Assembly (NCBI GenBank): GCA_003151615.1
Contig: PLXZ01000004.1
Span: forward strand, 173,285-237,284
Length of the DNA stretch: 64,000 nt
Direction: 5' to 3'
From: Candidatus Tayloriibacteriota bacterium
Lineage (GTDB): Bacteria > Patescibacteriota > Minisyncoccia > Phycocordibacterales > PALSA-1337
Shown: in pieces, positions 57,616 to 64,000 of the stretch
Numbering within the stretch: the first letter of the stretch is position 1
Layout of the letters: each line of letters opens with the position of its first letter
Made by a program: the position numbers and the translations under genes
Notes under the pieces: model-generated
The model's input: the letters and a program-made list of their open reading frames with translations, nothing else
The model's database searches: none
Told to the model about the DNA's origin: nothing

Positions 57616-57716
57616 CATCACCATCGTGCAAATGCGAATGCGAAAATTCGAACCTAGGTTTTAAGCCATATTTTGGAAATCAAAATACACTTTTTCGCAT
57701 TTGCACGATGGTGATG
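57616..57716. repeat. Perfect 23-bp inverted repeat (catcaccatcgtgcaaatgcgaa ... ttcgcatttgcacgatggtgatg) with ~55-nt loop
   Basis: Read directly. Lies between the frameshifted gene and mreB. Confidence 0.6.
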
Positions 57717-57793
57717 TATTTTACATGTGGTTTTGTCCAGCTTCTCACGCCCAAGATCCATAAAACATTGTAAAAAGGCCGAATCTGAGTATA

Positions 57794-58819
57794 ATGGCTT
57801 TACTTATGAGCATTTTCTCGCCAAAACTCGGCATCGACCTCGGCACCGCGAATACGCTGGTGTTTCTTCCAGGTAAGGGAATTGTGCTCAATGAACCCTC
57901 TGTTGTCGCTGTTTCGGAACAGGACAAAAAAGTTCTCGCGGTTGGAAATGAAGCGAAAGCCATGATTGGCCGAACGCCGGATTCAATCATTGCGTACCGT
58001 CCAATGAAGGACGGCGTCATCGCGGATTATCGCGTGACCGAGGCCATGCTCCGCTACTTCATCAACAAAGCCCTCGGCAAATGGAATATTTTCAAACCGG
58101 AAGTAATGGTGTCGGTTCCGGCCGGAATTACTTCAACGGAACGCCGCGCGGTCATCGAGGCGACAATCAAAGCCGGCGCGAAAAATGCGTACGTCGTGAA
58201 GGAACCGATCCTCGCCGCCATCGGCGCGGGCATTCCGATTCAGGAAGCGAAGGGCCACATGGTTGTTGACATCGGCGGAGGCACGACCGACGTCGCTGTT
58301 ATTTCTCTCGGCGGCATTGTGTCATCGACTTCCGTAAAATGCGCCGGGAATAAAATCGACGCGTCGATTGCCGACTATATAAAGAAAACTTTTAATCTCG
58401 CAATCGGAGACAAAACGGCCGAAGACATTAAAATCCAAATTGGTTCGGCTATCCCTCTCGAAGAAGAACTTTCAATGATTGTGAAAGGCCGCGATTTCAT
58501 TACAGGTCTGCCGCGTTCAACAGAAATAAAAACAAATGAAATTGTGAAAGCCGTCAGTCGTGATCTCCGTGACATGATTAAAGCCATGAAGGACGTGTTG
58601 CAGGAAACACCGCCGGAATTGGCTGCGGACATCATCGACCAGGGAATCATCATGACCGGTGGCACGTCAATGCTCCGAAATCTTCCGGAACTCGTTCTCC
58701 GTCGCACCGGAGTGAAGGCCGTTTTGGCCGAAGACGCTTTATTCTGCGTGGCGAAGGGAACGGGGATTGCCCTTGAACACCTCGATACCTATAAAAAATC
58801 CATAATTACAAAGCGTTAA
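57794..58819 (+). CDS. mreB: Rod shape-determining protein MreB (actin-like ATPase)
   Basis: LGIDLGTANTLVF, DIGGGTTDVAVISLGGIV, actin-fold phosphate and adenosine motifs. Confidence 0.85.
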   Translation: MALLMSIFSPKLGIDLGTANTLVFLPGKGIVLNEPSVVAVSEQDKKVLAVGNEAKAMIGRTPDSIIAYRPMKDGVIADYRVTEAMLRYFINKALGKWNIFKPEVMVSVPAGITSTERRAVIEATIKAGAKNAYVVKEPILAAIGAGIPIQEAKGHMVVDIGGGTTDVAVISLGGIVSSTSVKCAGNKIDASIADYIKKTFNLAIGDKTAEDIKIQIGSAIPLEEELSMIVKGRDFITGLPRSTEIKTNEIVKAVSRDLRDMIKAMKDVLQETPPELAADIIDQGIIMTGGTSMLRNLPELVLRRTGVKAVLAEDALFCVAKGTGIALEHLDTYKKSIITKR

Positions 58820-58879
58820 TTTGCATTAGTTATCAACAGACGGTTGAGCGGGATTTTGCACATTTGCTATAATTTCCGC

Positions 58880-59125
58880 ATGAATCCGGCACATAAACAC
58901 AAGACGATAGTTTACATAATTCTAGGCATTATCATAGTCGTTCTTCTCGGTGCATACATATATACGGTTCTCGAGAACAGCATGTCGAATCAGCAATCCG
59001 CGGTTTCGTCTCAGACGGCTGCCCAGATCACGGCCCAGAGGCAAGCCGCGCTGGAACCGTTCACGCCAACGCGCTTTACCGCCGCGGAAATAAAGGCACA
59101 GCAGGCAATGCTGATAAAGCATTAA
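58880..59125 (+). CDS. Small single-TM membrane protein
   Basis: Internal Met MNPAHKHKTIVYIILGIIIVVLLGAYIY. Confidence 0.35.
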   Translation: MNPAHKHKTIVYIILGIIIVVLLGAYIYTVLENSMSNQQSAVSSQTAAQITAQRQAALEPFTPTRFTAAEIKAQQAMLIKH

Positions 59126-59153
59126 TTACGTCAATTATTTTTTTAAATATCAT

Positions 59154-59792
59154 ATGAAAAAAAATATCATAAATTCAACAAAGACTCTCGTGCTTGCCGT
59201 TATCCTCGCCACCGGAGTCAGCTACCTCTTCGCATGGACTGGACCGACAGCAACACCTCCAGGCAACAACACAGCAGCGCCACTCTCCGTCGCAACTTCT
59301 TCACAAACCAAGATGGGCCCGCTTATTCTCAACTACGCAAACCTAGTCACTCCAGGTCTCGAAGTTCTCGGCGGAATTCAAATCGTTGACGGTACGCAGG
59401 GCGTGGGCAAAGTGCTCCGTTCCGATGCCAACGGCGTTTCAAGCTGGGTTGCGACGAGTTCACTCGGTATTTCAGGAGGAAGCTCGGGTGTTTCTCAGAT
59501 AACTGCCGGTACCCGAGTTACCGTTACCCCTTCAGGGGGCACTGGAAATGTGACAGTCAACAGCTCTGCGACAGGAACAATCGGTGGAGGATGCTATGAA
59601 ACCTCTTCAGACCAAACTATTGATACTAATCCGCCTGCCCGTGGATGGGGAAACGGAACCCCGACTGGCGCAACTACGCAATATGCCGGCTGCAGCTGTT
59701 CTGCTGGTTATACTTCGCAGATGGTATATGGTCAGGCCAATAACGGCATCAGCGCCAGTGGAAATTACGCTTTCCTCTGTGTTGCGAATTAA
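59154..59792 (+). CDS. Secreted hypothetical protein
   Basis: Signal peptide/TM, Gly/Thr-rich, C-terminal Cys pairs. Confidence 0.45.
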   Translation: MKKNIINSTKTLVLAVILATGVSYLFAWTGPTATPPGNNTAAPLSVATSSQTKMGPLILNYANLVTPGLEVLGGIQIVDGTQGVGKVLRSDANGVSSWVATSSLGISGGSSGVSQITAGTRVTVTPSGGTGNVTVNSSATGTIGGGCYETSSDQTIDTNPPARGWGNGTPTGATTQYAGCSCSAGYTSQMVYGQANNGISASGNYAFLCVAN

Positions 59793-59814
59793 ATAAGCAG
59801 TTCATAAGACAATT

Positions 59815-60525
59815 ATGGCGACGCAACAGAGCATAAAAAACCACCATGCGTACGCTATTGAAGGCGGCGCGGGAAAGGTTTCAGTACTCAAAAAAAACAT
59901 CGCGGATATTTTTGGATTTTCAATCTTGCCGTCCAATCCTGATTTTTTTCACGAGAAATTCGAGACTTTGACGATCGAAGACAGCCGCAGAATCCGTGAA
60001 ATTCATTCAAGCAAGGCTTTTTCGGCAGACAGCCCGAGAATTTTTATAATTGAAATGTATGGAGCGACCCGCGAGGCTCAGAACGCTCTTCTGAAAATAA
60101 TCGAGGAACCTCAGCCCGGCAATTATTTTTTCTTTGTCGTTCCGTCGGTCAGCATTCTTTTGCCGACGGTGCTTTCGCGATTGCAGATTATGGATGTCGG
60201 AGGTTTGCCGGCGGTTGAAAACTTCGCAACTGACGCTACCGAAAATCACGCCACTAATTTTATTCGCATGCCGCTCGCGAAGAAAATCGCCTTTGTTGAC
60301 GAGCTCGCCGCATCAATCAGCGACGACAAAGTGCCGAAACACGAAGCGGTCGCTTTTCTCAACGGGCTTGAAAAAACACTTTATGATTCGTGGAAAAAAG
60401 ACCGGACTGCCGGCGTTGTTTCGGCGCGGAAACAATTCGAGACAATCGCCCGCGCCCGGGATTACATCAACGACCGCGCTCCGTCGGTAAAAATGTTGCT
60501 GGAATATGTCGCACTTTCTCTTTGA
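59815..60525 (+). CDS. holB: DNA polymerase III delta-prime-like subunit (AAA+ clamp-loader, degenerate)
   Basis: HAYAIEG, ALLKIIEEPQP (cf. ALLKTLEEPP) and VLSRLQ (cf. IRSRC) blocks. Confidence 0.6.
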   Translation: MATQQSIKNHHAYAIEGGAGKVSVLKKNIADIFGFSILPSNPDFFHEKFETLTIEDSRRIREIHSSKAFSADSPRIFIIEMYGATREAQNALLKIIEEPQPGNYFFFVVPSVSILLPTVLSRLQIMDVGGLPAVENFATDATENHATNFIRMPLAKKIAFVDELAASISDDKVPKHEAVAFLNGLEKTLYDSWKKDRTAGVVSARKQFETIARARDYINDRAPSVKMLLEYVALSL

Positions 60526-60537
60526 TGTCGGAGGATT

Positions 60538-61107
60538 TTGCTGTATAATGACTGCATGACATACGACTTTTCAAAATTTAAAAAACACGTTTCCGCGGGC
60601 GAGGAATGGCTGAAGAAGGAATATTCGAGTTTGCGTACCGGCCAGGCAAACCCGGCCCTCCTGGACTCGGTTAAGGTTGATTCTTACGGCGCTCCCGTCC
60701 CCATTTCTCAGATCGGAAGCATTACGACCGAAGGTGCGCGGACTCTCCGCATTACTCCATGGGACGCGTCGCAGATAAAAGAAATAGAGAAGGCAATCAT
60801 CGTCGCTTCTCTTGGCGTATCTGTTGTAGTGGACGATAAAGGTTTGCGCGTGAATGTGCCTGATTTGACCGCAGAACGCCGCACTCAGATTTTGAAAATT
60901 GCGAAGGAAAAATTGGAGGACGCTCGAAAAACCATGCGCGCCCATCGCGACGACGTCATGAAGGATCTCCAGGCGCAGGAAAAAGGAGGCGGACTCGGAA
61001 AGGATGATGTTTTTCGCCTGAAGGCCGAAGCGCAGAAAATCATCGACGATTCCAATAAAAAGATGGAGGAGATTTACGCGAAGAAGGAAAAGGAGATTCA
61101 AAGCTAA
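60538..61107 (+). CDS. frr: Ribosome recycling factor
   Basis: LRTGQANPALLDSVKVDSYG, RTLRITPWD, AEAQK..D blocks. 189 aa. Confidence 0.85.
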   Translation: MLYNDCMTYDFSKFKKHVSAGEEWLKKEYSSLRTGQANPALLDSVKVDSYGAPVPISQIGSITTEGARTLRITPWDASQIKEIEKAIIVASLGVSVVVDDKGLRVNVPDLTAERRTQILKIAKEKLEDARKTMRAHRDDVMKDLQAQEKGGGLGKDDVFRLKAEAQKIIDDSNKKMEEIYAKKEKEIQS

Positions 61108-61143
61108 TCATTCAGGAGAGCGATAGTCGCAGGAAATTTTTAC

Positions 61144-62244
61144 ATGATCATAATCACCGTTGCCATTTTTCTCATAGTTCTCGGTGTGCTTGTTTTTGTG
61201 CATGAACTGGGGCATTTTCTGATGGCTCGGGCTTTTGGAACACGTGTGGACGAATTCGCAATTGGTTTCGGCCCGAAAATCTGGAGCAGGCTCGGCACGG
61301 AAAAAAACGGCATTCGCATTTTGTATTCATTACGCGCCATTCCATTTGGAGGTTATGTAAAAATCTATGGTGAGAATGGCGAAGACGGCCCTGTGTCCGC
61401 CGATTCATTTGTCAATAAAAATCGCTTCAAACAGGTAGTTGTCCTGGCGGCGGGAATTTTCTTTAATTTTATTTTTGCTTGGTTTGTTATCAGTTTCGTC
61501 TTTATGATTGGTGCACCCGTCTCGCCGGATAGCTACACACAATATGCATCACGTATTCAGAACCAGCACGTCATTGTCGATGATGTTGTCATCGGTTCAC
61601 CTGCGGAGAAGGCAGGATTAAAAGCCGAAACAGTCATCACTTCTGTCGGGCCTGTTGGCGGAAATCAGATCGAACATCCTTCGGTTCAACAAATACAAAA
61701 TACTGTTAACACAGGCGCCGGCAAACCCGTTTTGATAAATGGAATTTCGGTAACCCCAGTGACGGGAATTGTTCCGGGAGCTTCTTCAACCTATGCGATC
61801 GGCATTGATATGGAAGATGCCGGAACGCTTCGACTGCCGCCGCTTAATGCAATCTGGGAAGGCGCCAAGTTCACGGTATTTATAATGCAAGAAACGATAC
61901 AGGGAGTTTGGGGCCTGATCGTCGGATTATTTCATCACGATACAGCGACATTGTCCCAAGTTTCTGGAGTCGTCGGCATTTACGGGTATGTCAGGGATGC
62001 CGTGCAAGTCGGTTTTATACATTTGCTCATGCTCGTCGCTGTTATTTCAGTTAATCTGGGTGTGCTGAACCTAGTTCCGTTTCCAGGTCTCGACGGCAGT
62101 CGCATTTTGGTTGTCGGTATAGAGGCGGTCATCCGTCGTCCACTCAAAGCCAGTGTTATGAGTGTTATTTATACCGGAGGTTTCTGCGCGCTGATACTTT
62201 TGAGTCTATTCATCGCGTACCACGACATTGCGACCAGATTATAG
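61144..62244 (+). CDS. rseP: RIP zinc metalloprotease (site-2 protease) RseP
   Basis: HELGHFLMARAFG (HExxH in TM1), PDZ-like middle, C-terminal LVPFPGLDGSRIL (LDG motif). Confidence 0.8.
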   Translation: MIIITVAIFLIVLGVLVFVHELGHFLMARAFGTRVDEFAIGFGPKIWSRLGTEKNGIRILYSLRAIPFGGYVKIYGENGEDGPVSADSFVNKNRFKQVVVLAAGIFFNFIFAWFVISFVFMIGAPVSPDSYTQYASRIQNQHVIVDDVVIGSPAEKAGLKAETVITSVGPVGGNQIEHPSVQQIQNTVNTGAGKPVLINGISVTPVTGIVPGASSTYAIGIDMEDAGTLRLPPLNAIWEGAKFTVFIMQETIQGVWGLIVGLFHHDTATLSQVSGVVGIYGYVRDAVQVGFIHLLMLVAVISVNLGVLNLVPFPGLDGSRILVVGIEAVIRRPLKASVMSVIYTGGFCALILLSLFIAYHDIATRL

Positions 62245-62276
62245 TATACTTTTCGAATACTCATTTTGAATCACAT

Positions 62277-63554
62277 TTGAATAACAGCCATATGCGCCAA
62301 TCCCAACTTTTCACAAAAACACGCAAAGAAGCCCCAAAAGACGAGGTTTCAAAGAACGCCCAGCTTTTGATTCGTGCCGGATATATTCACAAGGAAATGG
62401 CCGGTGTCTATTCGTTTTTACCGCTCGGTTTGCGCGTGATGGAAAAAATCACCGGAATCATTCGCGAAGAAATGAATGTGGTAGGTGGGCAGGAACTTTC
62501 ATTGACGGCTTTGCAGGATAAATCTCTCTGGGAAAAAACGGATCGATGGGATGATGCAAAGGTAGACAATTGGTTCAAAACAAAATTGAAAAATGGCACG
62601 GAAGTCGGACTCGGCATGACTCATGAGGAACCTCTGACTGCCATCATGGCTGAATATGTTTCTTCATACCGAGATTTGCCGATTGCCGCATATCAATTCC
62701 AGACAAAATTCCGAAACGAGACGCGTGCGAAAAGCGGTATCATGCGCGGCCGCGAATTCTTGATGAAGGATATGTATACTTTTTCTAAGGATGAAAAGGA
62801 ACACGCTGCATATTACGCGAAAATCCACGATGCATACATCAAAATATTCAAACGATTGGGAATCGGCGATACGACACATGCAACATTCGCGGCAGGAGGA
62901 ATCTTCAGCAAATATTCCGAAGAATTTCAGACCGAAAGCGAAGCAGGCGAAGACCTCATTTACGTGGATCCGAAAAGCGGCAAGGCCCTGAATAAAGAAG
63001 TTCTCACTGATGAAGTATTGGCTGATCTTGGTCTTTCTCGAGCTGATCTCGTCGAGAAAAAGTCCATCGAAGTTGGAAATATTTTCAATCTCGGCACGAA
63101 ATTTTCAGAACCTCTTGGCCTGACTTATTTGAATGAAAAGGGCGAGAAACAGCCGGTCATCATGGGATGCTATGGTCTCGGTCCTTCTCGAGCGATGGGG
63201 ACGATTGTTGAAGTTCTTTCCGACGAAAATGGAATTGTCTGGCCGAAATCCGTCGCACCTTTTGCGATTCATCTTGTCGTGTTGCATGACAAAGAGGGAA
63301 AAGACGGAACCGTAGGGAAAGCTGCCGAGGAATTATATTCTGATTTGACAAAACAAGGCTATGAAGTTTTGTTCGACGACCGTGAATTGCGTCCCGGCGA
63401 AAAATTTGCTGACAGCGATTTGATCGGTATACCATTGCGCATCGTTGTGTCTGAAAAAAATCTCGCTGAAGGGAAGTTGGAACTGAAACACCGCGCTTCT
63501 GGAAAAGTGGAGAAAATTACGGAGGCTGAACTTTCGGCAGTTTTGGCGAAATAG
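62277..63554 (+). CDS. proS: Prolyl-tRNA synthetase (short bacterial form without editing insertion)
   Basis: Class II motifs: FRNETRAKSGIMRGREFLMKDMYTF (motif 2), GCYGLGPSRAMG (motif 3), C-terminal anticodon-binding domain. Confidence 0.85.
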   Translation: MNNSHMRQSQLFTKTRKEAPKDEVSKNAQLLIRAGYIHKEMAGVYSFLPLGLRVMEKITGIIREEMNVVGGQELSLTALQDKSLWEKTDRWDDAKVDNWFKTKLKNGTEVGLGMTHEEPLTAIMAEYVSSYRDLPIAAYQFQTKFRNETRAKSGIMRGREFLMKDMYTFSKDEKEHAAYYAKIHDAYIKIFKRLGIGDTTHATFAAGGIFSKYSEEFQTESEAGEDLIYVDPKSGKALNKEVLTDEVLADLGLSRADLVEKKSIEVGNIFNLGTKFSEPLGLTYLNEKGEKQPVIMGCYGLGPSRAMGTIVEVLSDENGIVWPKSVAPFAIHLVVLHDKEGKDGTVGKAAEELYSDLTKQGYEVLFDDRELRPGEKFADSDLIGIPLRIVVSEKNLAEGKLELKHRASGKVEKITEAELSAVLAK

Positions 63555-63563
63555 GTTTTCACA

Positions 63564-64000
63564 ATGAAAACACTTCTTATTGATAACGGATCGACCTTAT
63601 TGACTAAGCTCGAGAAACTTATTCCGGGTGAAAAAATAGTTGCAAGTTTGGAGGATATAAGTTCTTTGTCCGATAACAATTATAATTTAATTGTTCTGTC
63701 CGGAGGGGGCAGATATATAGTTACCGGTAATGAGAATATTTTGAGGCCGGAAATGGGTCTGGTCCAATCAACCCAAGTGCCGATTATTGGTATTTGTTAT
63801 GGATGTGAAGTAATTGTCGATACGTTCGGGGGAACACTTGAAGAAATGCCAAGAAAAGAGAAAGGAATTATTGAGGTGGAAATTATATATCCGGATCCCA
63901 TTTTTGATGGAAAAAATATAGTGCGGGTGTACGAAAGTCACCAGTGGAGAATCAAATCGCTGCCAAAAGATTTTATAGTCTTGGCAAAATCATCTCACGG
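63564..64000 (+). CDS. Class I glutamine amidotransferase domain protein (partial, runs off window)
   Basis: MKTLLIDNGSTLL...LIVLSGGG...VPIIGICYGCEVIV... (Cys in GICYG nucleophile elbow). 3' end not in window. Confidence 0.5.
   Translation, partial: MKTLLIDNGSTLLTKLEKLIPGEKIVASLEDISSLSDNNYNLIVLSGGGRYIVTGNENILRPEMGLVQSTQVPIIGICYGCEVIVDTFGGTLEEMPRKEKGIIEVEIIYPDPIFDGKNIVRVYESHQWRIKSLPKDFIVLAKSSH

Noticed and set aside
57600-57740. tRNA-like sequence 'attcgaacctaggtt' inside the long inverted repeat
   Set aside because: Only a short T-loop-like stretch. No acceptor/D/anticodon arms can be built.
1-64000. CRISPR array
   Set aside because: No regularly spaced 25-40-bp direct repeats. The repeated elements at 12-19 kb are irregular in length and spacing and flank ORFs, not short spacers.

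Overview
This 64-kb window has the hallmarks of a small-genome, low-GC, Patescibacteria/CPR-like bacterium. It has three parts.

- **Left flank (1-12.3 kb):** a type IV pilin-like gene, a D-Ala-D-Ala carboxypeptidase and secreted DUF5666-like and HYR-repeat surface proteins. It also carries a PAS-domain protein, a DoxX plus cytochrome-b5 pair, an archaeal-type IMP cyclohydrolase (PurO), pyrB and a cupin.
- **Accessory island (~12.3-44.8 kb):** AT-rich and dominated by hypothetical genes. It contains two large serine recombinases, a two-methyltransferase Type II R-M system with a large endonuclease, a HEPN module, NUDIX and phage-like HTH genes, and two orphan giant/secreted proteins. A striking array of small minus-strand gene cassettes (12.4-19.1 kb) sits at its left end. 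The cassettes are separated by several families of 30-150 bp repeats that share a GCTCC core. One repeat family is identical to the 3' end of the first serine recombinase gene. The cassettes also carry a shared terminator hairpin and a shared promoter, and two near-identical tautomerase-like paralogs. The island abuts a tRNA gene (probably Asn-GUU) on the minus strand. That tRNA is interrupted by a ~270-nt group I intron with recognisable P/Q/R/S core elements. The stop codon of the second serine recombinase overlaps the tRNA 3' end.
- **Right flank (45-64 kb):** GC-richer core genes: hpf, fmt-def, a priA with degenerate ATPase motifs, a 1391-aa transglutaminase-domain giant protein with an HExxH neighbour, an HTH-MurA fusion, mreB, holB-like, frr, rseP, proS and a partial class I glutamine amidotransferase.

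No rRNA or CRISPR array was seen. All functional calls are from motif recognition by eye; no database search was run.
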